Shown: in pieces, positions 27,499 through 37,488 of the stretch
Position numbering within the stretch: position 1 is the first letter of the stretch
Layout: each line of letters opens with the position of its first letter
Assembly (NCBI GenBank): GCA_030837625.1
Contig: JAUPKF010000006.1
Location: forward strand, 1 to 45,787
Reading direction: 5' to 3'
From: Patescibacteria group bacterium
GTDB taxonomy: Bacteria > Patescibacteriota > Minisyncoccia > Moranbacterales > UBA2206
Length of the DNA stretch: 45,787 nt
Translations under genes and position numbers: made by a program
Notes under the pieces: generated by a model
The model's database searches: none
What the model was told of the DNA's origin: nothing
Seen by the model: only the letters and a program-made list of their open reading frames with translations

Positions 27499-28860
27499 AT
27501 GAAAAAATCCTGGTTATATTTGCCAATTGAAACGAAAGTGCGAGAACTTCACGGGAAGACGCTCTTGGCGTGTTTTGCCGCCATGAAAGGTTTTAATGTG
27601 TTGATTGGAGCCAAAAAAGACATTCACGCAAGAATTCCTTTCTTGCCCAAGGGAACAATATTCAATTTTGGCTTGGCGAAAAACATGGCCAAAAATTCAA
27701 AAATGTACAAAAAATACGGCCATAAAGTCGCAGTTATAGATGAAGAAGGTCTCGTTACCTTGAATGATGATTTGTACCTTCGGCATAGAGTTTCCAAAGA
27801 GGCTTTGGAGGTTGCAGATACTTGCTTTTGCTGGGGCGAACGTCAGGCGAGATTGATACAAAAAGTGGCTGGCGGAACGAATTGTAAAATATGTGTTACG
27901 GGGAATCCTCGTTTTGATATGCTGAAACCGGAATATCGAACAATTTTCAAAAAAGATGTTGAAAAAATTAAGGAAAAATATGGGCAGTTTATTCTGATAA
28001 ATACCAATTTTGGACACGGTAATCATTTTGCTGGTGATAATTTCTTGTTAGAGTCGTTCAAAGAAAAGGGATGGATGAAAGACTCAAAAGATAAGGAATT
28101 TTTTCTTAGCAACATGAAATGGCACAAGCGAATGCTTATAAAATTTTCAGAAATGATTCCTGAGTTATCCAATAATTTCGAGAATTATAAAATAATTATA
28201 AGACCCCACCCTTCAGAAAACCAGGATTATTGGAAAAAAATCGCGAAAAAATACCCGAATGTTTCTGTTGTTCATTCTGGAAACGTTATTCCTTGGCTAA
28301 TGGCTGCCGACCTTTTAGTACACAATGGATGTACTACGGCAATTGAGTCTTTTATTTTAGGAACTAAAACGGTGGCGTATCGTCCCTTTATTGTTGCCGA
28401 TCAGGAGACTGAACTGCCTAATGTTATTAGCACGCAAGTCTATAATATGGCAGAATTGCTGGATGCCGTTGACAAGATAGTAAATACTCATGTTCTTGAT
28501 TACAAGGAAGCTGTCGATAAAACCTATCTAGATGACTATCTTGTTGGCATCTATGAAAAGACAGCCTCGGAGAACATAGTCTCTCATCTCCAGGCTAGCA
28601 CTGACAATGTTTTGAAGAGCAGGAGGATAAATTATTTTTTGCTTCTGTATTTTCAAATATTTTTCCTCGCGAAAAAGCTGATACAAAAAATATTATTTCA
28701 CACTGATGTCTCGGGATCTTACTTGAACCATAAAATGGCCGATCTTTCTAAGGATGAGATTAGTGAAATAATTTCCGGCTTTTCGAAAATTAATAAAGAT
28801 TTTACAAGCATTAGGATAAGAAAAATCGGGGGAACCTGCTTTCGTATATATGAAAAATAA
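27499..28860 (+). CDS. Surface carbohydrate biosynthesis protein, candidate sialyl-/NulO-transferase
   Basis: ETKVRELHGK, VIDEEG, WGERQ, TGNPRFD, IRPHPSE, HNGCTTAIE. Confidence 0.7.
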   Translation: MKKSWLYLPIETKVRELHGKTLLACFAAMKGFNVLIGAKKDIHARIPFLPKGTIFNFGLAKNMAKNSKMYKKYGHKVAVIDEEGLVTLNDDLYLRHRVSKEALEVADTCFCWGERQARLIQKVAGGTNCKICVTGNPRFDMLKPEYRTIFKKDVEKIKEKYGQFILINTNFGHGNHFAGDNFLLESFKEKGWMKDSKDKEFFLSNMKWHKRMLIKFSEMIPELSNNFENYKIIIRPHPSENQDYWKKIAKKYPNVSVVHSGNVIPWLMAADLLVHNGCTTAIESFILGTKTVAYRPFIVADQETELPNVISTQVYNMAELLDAVDKIVNTHVLDYKEAVDKTYLDDYLVGIYEKTASENIVSHLQASTDNVLKSRRINYFLLLYFQIFFLAKKLIQKILFHTDVSGSYLNHKMADLSKDEISEIISGFSKINKDFTSIRIRKIGGTCFRIYEK

Positions 28861-30124
28861 TGTAGCTAAAATAAAAAGTCTTCTTCACGGAGTTATTCCG
28901 AAAAAACTGGTTAATTCTTATATTGACTTGGCGAGACTTACTTGCAGCTTGTTCTTTGATCAAGTTGTTCAAAATGAAAAAATAAAAAATTTTAGTCATG
29001 AAGACGGCCATGTTTTTTTCGGTTACTATGACGTAACTCCCTTTGGTATGGATGACAAATTGCTGTTGGCAATGAAAACGCCCATTATTGGTAGGGCGCC
29101 CAATGCGGAAGATCATGCGGAAATTGGTTATTACCATATTGATAAGCCAGATAACTTTATTTCTCTTGGAGAAACCAATACCTGGTGTTGGCAACAGGGG
29201 TGTCGATTGCAATGGTATCCTCAAGATAACGGAGATAAAATAATCTATAACTGCCTGGTGGACGGAGAATATGGGGCAGTCATAAAGGATATCTCTAATG
29301 GTAATATTGTCAAAAAAATAAAAAAACCTCTGTATTCTGTTAGCAGGGATGGAAAATGGGGAGTCTCTCTTGATTTTTCCCGTCTTCAGCGTCTTAGACC
29401 GGGATATGGGTATGGAATTTTGCCAGATGACAGTGTTAGTGATTTAGCACCTAATTACAATGGCATAGAGTTAGTTGATTTGGAAACAAACGAATCTCAG
29501 CAGCTTTTTACATTGAAGGATATTTCGGATATAGAACCGCATGAATCAATGGATGGCGCCGAACATTATTTCAATCACATAATGTTCAATCCTTCTGGAG
29601 ACAATTTTTTATTTTTTCATTTATGGATGAGCAAGGATAGCAAAAGACATTCTCGTCTCTTTGTTGCGAGTAGAGACGGAAAAAACTTGAGGTTATTGAG
29701 CAACAGCGGTTCTGTCTCGCATTACAATTGGATTTTTGATGATAAAATCATATTGTATAGTCTGGTTAGTGATAAGGGTAGATATATGTATGCCGTATTT
29801 GATAGCTTGAGTGGAAATGTTGAATATTTTGGCAAGAATGTTCCTAAAAATGACGGGCATCCGACACTTCTAAAAAACAAAAAAATTTTCATTACTGACA
29901 CCTATCCTAATTTATGCTCACAAAGAAATCTGCTTAGCTACAATCTAGATAAAGATGAAATGAAAATACTGGCAAGGTTTGATGATTCAAGAGATTTCAC
30001 AGGCGAGTTTCGATGTGATTTGCATCCCAGAGTCAGTCCTGATGAAAAAATGATATGCATTGATAGACTTATCGACAGCAAGCGAGTCATATCAATAATT
30101 TCTTTTGATGCCAACGGATTATGA
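28850..30124 (+). CDS. Beta-propeller protein (TolB/oligogalacturonate-lyase-like)
   Basis: FFGYYD, WQQG, RPGYGY, NHIMFNPSG, SHYNW, DGHP, TDTYP, RCDLHPR. Confidence 0.6.
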   Translation: MKNNVAKIKSLLHGVIPKKLVNSYIDLARLTCSLFFDQVVQNEKIKNFSHEDGHVFFGYYDVTPFGMDDKLLLAMKTPIIGRAPNAEDHAEIGYYHIDKPDNFISLGETNTWCWQQGCRLQWYPQDNGDKIIYNCLVDGEYGAVIKDISNGNIVKKIKKPLYSVSRDGKWGVSLDFSRLQRLRPGYGYGILPDDSVSDLAPNYNGIELVDLETNESQQLFTLKDISDIEPHESMDGAEHYFNHIMFNPSGDNFLFFHLWMSKDSKRHSRLFVASRDGKNLRLLSNSGSVSHYNWIFDDKIILYSLVSDKGRYMYAVFDSLSGNVEYFGKNVPKNDGHPTLLKNKKIFITDTYPNLCSQRNLLSYNLDKDEMKILARFDDSRDFTGEFRCDLHPRVSPDEKMICIDRLIDSKRVISIISFDANGL

Positions 30125-31254
30125 AAATAGCGTATATAGCCAGCTCGATAATTCCTTCGCGAACAGCCAATAGTGTTCACGTGATGAAAATGTGCCAAGC
30201 TTTTGCGAATAACGGCCACGAAGTTGATCTGTTGATACCGAATAAAGCGGACAAGAGCATACTAAATGTGGAAGATGTTTATGATTTTTACGGAGTCAAG
30301 AAATGCTTCAATATTTCCCGGATTCCGCTGTTAAAAACGAAGATTGGTTTTTTCGTTTATACTTTTTGGGCAGTCCTTAAAGCCAGAAAAAATAATCCCG
30401 ACCTGGTTTATACCCGTTTTTTATACCCGGTATTTTTCAGTTTGCTTTTCGGACTTCCGACTATTTATGAAATTCACGCGCCTTTTGAAAGGCTTGCAGA
30501 GAAGATATTTTTTTGCTTGATAAATAAAAAAAAGTTGGAAAAAATCATAGTAATTTCTATTCCCTTGCGTGATTATTTTGTCGATAAGTATAAAATAAAT
30601 AAAGATAAAATTTTTGTTGCTCCTGATGGAGCTGACTCTGTTGAATCCGGAGTAGGCTTCAAAAAAATCAGAGAAAACGAGTCAGAGATGACCGTTGGCT
30701 ATATCGGAAATTTGTATAAGGGCAGAGGGATGGAAGTTATTTCCAGGATAGCCGAAAGATGCCCGCGGGTTCAATTTCACATAGTAGGGGGATCTCCCGA
30801 GGATTTGGAATATTGGAAGAGCAGATTATCCGATTTTGAAAATATAATACTCCACGGCTATGTTCCTCATAGGGATGTTAATAAGTATATGCTTTCTTTT
30901 GACGTTCTTATCGCTCCTTATCAGCAAAAGGTTACAATTCAAGGAAGGGGAGATACTTGCCAATGGATGTCTCCGCTCAAGATTTTCGAATACATGGCAG
31001 TGGGGAAAGCTATTCTTTCCTCTGACTTGCCTGTCTTGAAAGAAGTTTTGAGGCATGGGAAAAACTCTCTTCTGGCTTCTCCCGAAGATATTGATGGATG
31101 GGTATCGAATCTGGAATTGATCAGGAAGGATACTGAATTGAGAAAAGAGCTGGGAAAAAACGCAAAAAAAGATTTTGAAAATAGTTACACATGGAAAGCT
31201 AGAGCAAATAACATTTTAAGTAATTTGTATTATGAAAAAAACAACCAACTTTGA
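30121..31254 (+). CDS. GT4 glycosyltransferase
   Basis: ANSVHVMKM, YIGNLYKGRG, SPLKIFEYMAVGK. Confidence 0.9.
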   Translation: MKIAYIASSIIPSRTANSVHVMKMCQAFANNGHEVDLLIPNKADKSILNVEDVYDFYGVKKCFNISRIPLLKTKIGFFVYTFWAVLKARKNNPDLVYTRFLYPVFFSLLFGLPTIYEIHAPFERLAEKIFFCLINKKKLEKIIVISIPLRDYFVDKYKINKDKIFVAPDGADSVESGVGFKKIRENESEMTVGYIGNLYKGRGMEVISRIAERCPRVQFHIVGGSPEDLEYWKSRLSDFENIILHGYVPHRDVNKYMLSFDVLIAPYQQKVTIQGRGDTCQWMSPLKIFEYMAVGKAILSSDLPVLKEVLRHGKNSLLASPEDIDGWVSNLELIRKDTELRKELGKNAKKDFENSYTWKARANNILSNLYYEKNNQL

Positions 31255-31972
31255 CTCAGGGGCTTATTTTCAAAATGTTGGAAGAATGAAATTGACAAAA
31301 ACAATTTTCGGTCTAAAAGCATATCTAAAAGAACTGTTCAGGGGGATCGAATTTAGTGAAAAGAACATTTTGGATATTGGAGCTGGGACGGGGATGTATA
31401 GTTGCTATATGGCGATGAACGGGGCGACAAAAATTGTAAGTTTGGAGCCCGAGCTGGAAGGATCGGGGAATGGTTACACGGCAAAATTCGAGGATCTTAA
31501 GGATAATTTAGGATTGAACAACGTCTTTCTGAAATCCTTGACATTCCAGTCCTTTAATAATGAAGAAAAAAAATTTGATATAATTCTTCTTCATCATTCC
31601 ATAAACCATTTAGATGAGGACGCCTGCATTAATCTGAAAAAGTCTGAAGAGGCTAGGGAAATTTATAGAAAAATTTTTGAAAAATTATATTTAATCTCAA
31701 GCAGTCAAGCTCGAATAATAATTGCAGATTGTTCAAGCAAGAATATTTTTAGCATGCTAAAAATAAAGAATCCGTTTGCTCCCTCAATCGAATGGCACAA
31801 GCATCAGCCTCCAAATGAATGGGCTAAGCTCTTGAAAAAAACCGGCTTCAGGGACTTTGAGGTAAAATGGATTGTGCTTAATCCTCTGGGAGGAATAGCC
31901 AATTTTTTTCTTGGAAACAAAATTTGCTCTTTTATTATTAATAGCCATTTCATCATTTATGCTAAAAAGTAA
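31232..31972 (+). CDS. Class I SAM-dependent methyltransferase
   Basis: ILDIGAGTG, SLEPE, SINHL. Confidence 0.8.
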   Translation: MKKTTNFDSGAYFQNVGRMKLTKTIFGLKAYLKELFRGIEFSEKNILDIGAGTGMYSCYMAMNGATKIVSLEPELEGSGNGYTAKFEDLKDNLGLNNVFLKSLTFQSFNNEEKKFDIILLHHSINHLDEDACINLKKSEEAREIYRKIFEKLYLISSSQARIIIADCSSKNIFSMLKIKNPFAPSIEWHKHQPPNEWAKLLKKTGFRDFEVKWIVLNPLGGIANFFLGNKICSFIINSHFIIYAKK

Positions 31973-32006
31973 ATTATCGCTCTAGTTGGCATACTTGGCA
32001 AACACA

Positions 32007-33107
32007 TCATATTTCTTCGAAAAAATTGGTTAGCTGGTTAACTACTGTTTGAATATCGAATTTTTCTTTTGCTCTTTGGAGGGAATTTTGACTGAACTTT
32101 TTTCTCAGGGTTGAGTTATCTGTCAATAATTCAATTGCCTTAACAAGACGGCGAACATTATCTGCCGGAAATAACAGGCCACTTTTTTTGTTTTCTATTA
32201 GATTGTGGTTTTCTGGTATATCGGTGGTGATTATCGGCACTTCGGCAGCCATTGCTTCAATTATTGCATTGCTCATTCCCTCAAAAAGAGTCGGCAGGAT
32301 AAAAATGTCGGATATTTTGAGAAGTTGCGGAACGTCGTTTCTTTTGCCTAAAAACAGAATATTTTTTTCGGACTGATAATTTTTAACTTGTTTTAGGAGA
32401 TTTTCCTTTTCCTCTCCGTCGCCGACAAGCAAGAGTTTTAAGCCCTTGTTTTCTCTGTAAACTTCTTCAAACGCTTCCAATAAATATTTATGCCCTTTAT
32501 TGATGTGCAAATTGGCGACGCATATTATGGCGGTTTCTTCTTTTTTTATCCCCAAACTTTTCCTCAGGTTTTCATCTCTTTTGATCTTATCGTAAAAATC
32601 AACGTCAATACCGTTGGGGATGACGGTGATTTTTTCCGGCGGGACGCCGATGTTTTTAACGTAAAAGTTTTTGACTGACTGAGAATTAGCCAGATAATTT
32701 TTGACAAAGTGTTTAGTTAATTTTTCGAAGAGTTGCGCTGAAAAATATTTTTTGTGGTTGTAGGTTGTTCGGAGAAATGGAATGATTTTTGTATTAGTAA
32801 AAACTTGTAAAAATAACCGGCCAATTGCGTCGGCGTGAAAAAGGTAAGTGACGACTAAGTCGGGTTGGGTATTTTTTACTGTCTTCAATAATTGCCTGTA
32901 TGATCTGATGTTAAAAAAGTTTTTCTGCTCGATGTTTATTAGGGGGATGTTTTTTTCTTCAAATTTATTTGCCAATTCCCCGCGCTTTTTTAGCGTGATT
33001 ATCGTATGCTCAAAATCGTCGAGCAAAGGCAAAGTTCGCAGAAGCATATTCTCGCATCCGCCGGAATCAAGGGAATGAATAAGATGGACTATTTTTCTCC
33101 TACGCAT
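32007..33107 (-). CDS. GT4 glycosyltransferase
   Basis: GGCE, IPNGID, KGHKYL, EGMSNAIIEAMAA; likely start ATG 33107 (MRRRK). Confidence 0.92.
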   Translation of the reverse strand: MRRRKIVHLIHSLDSGGCENMLLRTLPLLDDFEHTIITLKKRGELANKFEEKNIPLINIEQKNFFNIRSYRQLLKTVKNTQPDLVVTYLFHADAIGRLFLQVFTNTKIIPFLRTTYNHKKYFSAQLFEKLTKHFVKNYLANSQSVKNFYVKNIGVPPEKITVIPNGIDVDFYDKIKRDENLRKSLGIKKEETAIICVANLHINKGHKYLLEAFEEVYRENKGLKLLLVGDGEEKENLLKQVKNYQSEKNILFLGKRNDVPQLLKISDIFILPTLFEGMSNAIIEAMAAEVPIITTDIPENHNLIENKKSGLLFPADNVRRLVKAIELLTDNSTLRKKFSQNSLQRAKEKFDIQTVVNQLTNFFEEI

Positions 33108-34177
33108 GTTATACCAGCTTCCGGATGTTCGAAAGCTTTTATTTCTCTCAAATTGGCATCGGAAAACCATTTTTCAATCTGTTCACGATAATAGTAGTTA
33201 CTTTTCGGGGTGGCTAGAACGTCAAAAGCGTCGTTGAGTTTCATATTAAACGGAAAGTTGGCGTAATAGGCAAAAGGCATTTTTTTGGCCAGTTTTTCGG
33301 CGCCGATAAAATTGCAAAAATGGGTGGAATAATTCAAAAGATGGACGATTCCGCCAGGGATATAGCATAGTTTATAGAGTAGCGGCTGGGGGATTCCCTT
33401 GAAAACGGATCGCAACGGCTCATAAAAATATAACGCGCGCTTGTTGTTTCTTCGGTTATACACCCAAATCAGCATCTTTCCTTCAGGCTTCAAAACTTTG
33501 GATAGGAGGGAAAAACCTTCCTGGGGACGCGGCAAATGGTGCAAAACGCCGATTGAATAGGCGATGTCGAACTGGTTTTTGAAAGGCATCGAATAAATGT
33601 CAGCCTGAACAATACAGATATTTTCCAAATTTTTTGTTAGTTTGTACGCTAATTCGACGGATTCGCCGAGATCCGTGCCAAAAGAAATTTTCGTACCGCA
33701 AAGCGCGGCTTGCTTGGTGAAGCGTCCGGAACCACAGCCGATATCCAATGTCATTCTTCCTTTTAAATCTTCTTCCTTTATAAAGGGACTCAAAAAATGC
33801 AAGAAATTATTTTTCTCAAAATCATTTTCCTTGTAAATATTGTTCCATTCATAGGCGAAGCTTTCGGCGGTTTTCTTCTGATGATCCAAAAATTTATTCA
33901 GATTTTGAATTTTGTCGATTTCTCCTTTCCAATCCTTGGAAACCTTTTCCGACATTTTTTCCTTAAATTTTTTATAGAATTCATAATGCGATTGCAATAA
34001 ATTTGTTTTCAATTCTTTGACCAAAATTCGGGGAATCCCGTTTATTATCGGATACCAGCTTTCGTCATTAAAAATAATTCCAGAAGAGATATGTCCGCTT
34101 GATTCTTCAAAAATATTAACTTCAAATTTTTTAGAGCTGATTGGGTCAATTAGGTAGTTTATAAACTTTTGCCGCAT
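33089..34177 (-). CDS. SAM methyltransferase with N-terminal Trm112-like domain
   Basis: LIDP...YPIINGIPR N-terminus; LDIGCGSGR, GVLHHL, LKPEG. Confidence 0.85.
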   Translation of the reverse strand: MRQKFINYLIDPISSKKFEVNIFEESSGHISSGIIFNDESWYPIINGIPRILVKELKTNLLQSHYEFYKKFKEKMSEKVSKDWKGEIDKIQNLNKFLDHQKKTAESFAYEWNNIYKENDFEKNNFLHFLSPFIKEEDLKGRMTLDIGCGSGRFTKQAALCGTKISFGTDLGESVELAYKLTKNLENICIVQADIYSMPFKNQFDIAYSIGVLHHLPRPQEGFSLLSKVLKPEGKMLIWVYNRRNNKRALYFYEPLRSVFKGIPQPLLYKLCYIPGGIVHLLNYSTHFCNFIGAEKLAKKMPFAYYANFPFNMKLNDAFDVLATPKSNYYYREQIEKWFSDANLREIKAFEHPEAGITCVGEK

Positions 34178-34242
34178 TTGTTTTGTATAAAATTAAATTT
34201 ATAATTATGCTGGTAACTTATCTTGCTAAATAAAGTTTTAGA

Positions 34243-34270
34243 CTAGATTCCCGCCTACGCTGGAATGACA
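34243..34270. repeat. REP/dRS3-like palindromic element
   Basis: Minus strand TGTCATTCCAGCGTAGGCGGGAATCTAG, matching ATTCC(C)-N8-GGGAAT; 5 bp past the asnB stop. Confidence 0.65.
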
Positions 34271-34275
34271 TCATA

Positions 34276-36165
34276 CTAATCGAAGTATTCCCGAAACCAA
34301 AGCTCCAGCGTCAGGAGCGCCCAAATATGGCGGGAATGGTCAACGTTTGTGTTGTTATGCCTGTCTAATATTTCTTTGGTTTTTTCTTTCTTGAATATGC
34401 CCCTGTTTGTAGTTCTATCTGAAAGGAGTATGTCATAAGCGTATTTCTTTAAATCATTTTTGAACCAATTTGAGATTGGCACGACAAAGCCTCTTTTTTT
34501 TCGGTAGAGTATTTTATTTGGAACGAAGTCTTGGAGAGTTTTTTTTAAAATATATTTTTTGTTATTAAGCCCCTTAAGCTTCAAATCAAACGGAATTTTT
34601 GCCGCCAATTCCATAAACTCATGGTCTAAAAAGGGAGAACGACTCTCAAGAGCCACAGTCATGCTGGCGATGTCGACTTTGACCAGCAGGTCGTCAGGAA
34701 GAAACGAATTTAAGTCTACAAACAAGGGCTGCTCGACTCTTTTTACTTTTCCGGCTTCTCTGAACTTATTTATTATAATATCATAAGTGTTTTCTTGCCA
34801 AACCTTTTTTCTGAACCCAGGAGTGTAAATTTCACTTTTCATCTCATTGGAAAAATAGCAGATATAATTCAAATATCTTTTGGCGTAATTGTCTGAAATG
34901 AAAACCGCAAATCTAAAAACTCGGTCAAAGAAAGTGTTTTTGAAAATACCGGCCGATAGTCTGGCAAGAGGCAGGATGATAATTTTATGGATAAATAATA
35001 ATTTCTCGTAAAAAAGGGAAAATTTGTGAACGCTGTACCAAGGGTATCCCGCGAAATTCTCGTCCCCGCCGTCGCCGTTCAATGCTACTGTAACGAAATC
35101 CCGCGTCATTTTGGAAACATAGTAAGTCGGAAGGGCGCTGGAATCGGCGTATGGTTCTTCATATTGCCGGACTAGCATCGGCAAGACTTCGATCGCGTCG
35201 GGTTTGACAATGAACTCAGTATGATCGGTTTTGAATTTTTTGGCAATCATCCGGGCGTAGGGCAGTTCGTTGAATTTTGCTTCTTCAAATCCGATGGAAA
35301 AAGTTTTGACCGGCTTGTCGGACAGCTTGCTCATCAGCCCGACAATGGCGCTGGAGTCGATGCCGCCGGAGAGAAACGCGCCCAGTGGCACATCGGCGAT
35401 CATTCGCAATTTCACCGATTCTCCCAGCTTCGCCATTATTCTTTTTTTCCACTCATCTTCGCTCAAGTTTAATTTTTTGGAATAATCCAGCTTCCAGTAT
35501 CTTTCCTTTTCGATTTTTTTGGTTTTCAAATCTATGAAAAGATAATGCGCCGGTTCCAGTTTCTTGATATCTTTGAATCCGGTCAGGGGCGCGGGGACAT
35601 ACTGCAGGGTCAAATAATGATGAATAGCGATATAGTCCGGTTCTTTCTCATACTCCTTTTGCGTAAGAATAGCTTTCAGTTCCGAGGCGAACATAAAAAC
35701 GTTTTCATCCAGATAATATTTAAACGGTTTTTTTCCCACACGGTCGCGGACGCAAAAAATCGTTTTTTCTTTTTCGTCGTATATGGCAAAAGCAAACATG
35801 CCGCGCAGGTGCTCCAGGCATTTTTTGCCGAATTTGTCATAGAGCGCCATAATCACTTCCGTGTCGGATTTTGATTTGAAAGCGTAACCCTCTTTTTCCA
35901 GCATATCCCGTTTTTCTTGAAAGTTATAAACCTCGCCATTAAAAACGATCCAGTACCGGTCAAGGTATGACATCGGCTGATGGCCGAGAGGGGAGAGATC
36001 GATAATCGAAAGTCGGCGATGTCCCAACCCGACTTTTTGGTCGGGGGAAATATATGCTCCGCCGTCATCCGGTCCGCGGTGCAGGATTTTTTCGTTCATC
36101 GTCAAAATATCGTTTTCAGAAACGGTTTGGTCGTTGAAATATATTTTACCGGTGATTCCACACAT
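34276..36165 (-). CDS. asnB: Asparagine synthase (glutamine-hydrolysing) family amidotransferase, probably glycan-amidating
   Basis: MCGI start, HRGPDD, RRLSIID, FNGEVYN, LSGGIDSS, GDGGDE, PFLD. Confidence 0.95.
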   Translation of the reverse strand: MCGITGKIYFNDQTVSENDILTMNEKILHRGPDDGGAYISPDQKVGLGHRRLSIIDLSPLGHQPMSYLDRYWIVFNGEVYNFQEKRDMLEKEGYAFKSKSDTEVIMALYDKFGKKCLEHLRGMFAFAIYDEKEKTIFCVRDRVGKKPFKYYLDENVFMFASELKAILTQKEYEKEPDYIAIHHYLTLQYVPAPLTGFKDIKKLEPAHYLFIDLKTKKIEKERYWKLDYSKKLNLSEDEWKKRIMAKLGESVKLRMIADVPLGAFLSGGIDSSAIVGLMSKLSDKPVKTFSIGFEEAKFNELPYARMIAKKFKTDHTEFIVKPDAIEVLPMLVRQYEEPYADSSALPTYYVSKMTRDFVTVALNGDGGDENFAGYPWYSVHKFSLFYEKLLFIHKIIILPLARLSAGIFKNTFFDRVFRFAVFISDNYAKRYLNYICYFSNEMKSEIYTPGFRKKVWQENTYDIIINKFREAGKVKRVEQPLFVDLNSFLPDDLLVKVDIASMTVALESRSPFLDHEFMELAAKIPFDLKLKGLNNKKYILKKTLQDFVPNKILYRKKRGFVVPISNWFKNDLKKYAYDILLSDRTTNRGIFKKEKTKEILDRHNNTNVDHSRHIWALLTLELWFREYFD

Positions 36166-37477
36166 AATCTTCTAAAAATTTAGCGGGATTGAACTCTATG
36201 TTTTGATTGACCCCGTAGGAATATATAATGTTAATAACTATAAAAATAACCATACCAGAATATAGGAATGTATTGAAGGCGATTTTGATCTTCCTGTTTT
36301 CCTTGAGGTATTCTTCGGATAGTTGGAAAGCGAACCATACTCCATAACCATATAAAAGAAAAGTTATTGGCCAAATGAAAGGGAGCGCCCTATCAGCGTG
36401 TTGATTTAGGGATGATGCTAACGTGAAAACTAGAGCGGCAAAGTACATAGAAAGAATTTTATACTGCTTATAATGAAATAGGATCAAGATAACACCCGCG
36501 AAGATCATTATGAAGAAAGGATTATATTCAAAAAAAATATAGTCAAAGTATCTTTCTTTGATCTTATTAAAACCAGGAAAGAGGTGTCTAGCTGAATATC
36601 TCCTTTCACTTTTGGATTGTGATGAAGAATTCTCTGATGGCGCAGGCGATATATTTTTTTCTAATGATTGGATGCCTGAGTTGACAATATTAGATTTTAG
36701 AACAAATGTTTCTGGTCCATAGGGGTTGCCGCCTAAATAATATGAAGTTGGGATGTAAAATATTAACAGGATTAATATTGAGAATACAATTTTTTTTAAC
36801 ATAACTACATGGATATTTTTCGTTGAAAAAGAATAAAAAAAATAAAATATTACTATGGTTGACATCAAATAAACAAAAATCGTGTGAAAATAAAATCCGA
36901 CGGGCATCAATATTGCAAGTATCATTTTCCAGTGTTTATAATCGCCGAGTATTATGGCGTAAGCGATAAATGCTATTAAAGAAGCAAAAAAGTCAGGTGC
37001 TACCCACCAGAATCCATGAGAACCGCCCCCATTGTATAATGTGAGAAAAAAAAGCAGGAAGGCAATTAATCTTTTGTCTGTTTCTATATTTTTTAAAAAA
37101 AATATTAGAGCTGGTAATAACATCAAAATTCCAATATAAAAACTCAGATGGAATACATTTGAAGAGTTCATATTTAGTAAGTGCCCAATTGCGCCAAATA
37201 ATACTCGATAAGACAGGAGTGCAAATCCGTAATAAGTCTTAAAAGACTGCAGAAATTGATCGCAAAAAACAATATAGGAGCACCTGTTTACGGAATCAAT
37301 GTGTCCTATGTATATAAGTGACTCTTCTGATCTTGAAAATTCATTATTAAAAAATACGGAAACTAAAAAAAACTTCCATCCAATAAAAATGGATGAAACT
37401 AATATTATTAATTTGTTGTCTCTAATAAGGGCTGAAGCTTTTTTGGTCATTCCGGCCGTGAAACTAGTATTTTGCAT
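36146..37477 (-). CDS. Polytopic membrane protein, possible GT-C/polymerase
   Basis: About 10 hydrophobic segments; EESLIY after TM1; AT-rich; lies between GT4 and asnB. Confidence 0.55.
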   Translation of the reverse strand: MQNTSFTAGMTKKASALIRDNKLIILVSSIFIGWKFFLVSVFFNNEFSRSEESLIYIGHIDSVNRCSYIVFCDQFLQSFKTYYGFALLSYRVLFGAIGHLLNMNSSNVFHLSFYIGILMLLPALIFFLKNIETDKRLIAFLLFFLTLYNGGGSHGFWWVAPDFFASLIAFIAYAIILGDYKHWKMILAILMPVGFYFHTIFVYLMSTIVIFYFFYSFSTKNIHVVMLKKIVFSILILLIFYIPTSYYLGGNPYGPETFVLKSNIVNSGIQSLEKNISPAPSENSSSQSKSERRYSARHLFPGFNKIKERYFDYIFFEYNPFFIMIFAGVILILFHYKQYKILSMYFAALVFTLASSLNQHADRALPFIWPITFLLYGYGVWFAFQLSEEYLKENRKIKIAFNTFLYSGMVIFIVINIIYSYGVNQNIEFNPAKFLEDYVWNHR

Positions 37478-37488
37478 GTATTATTTCC

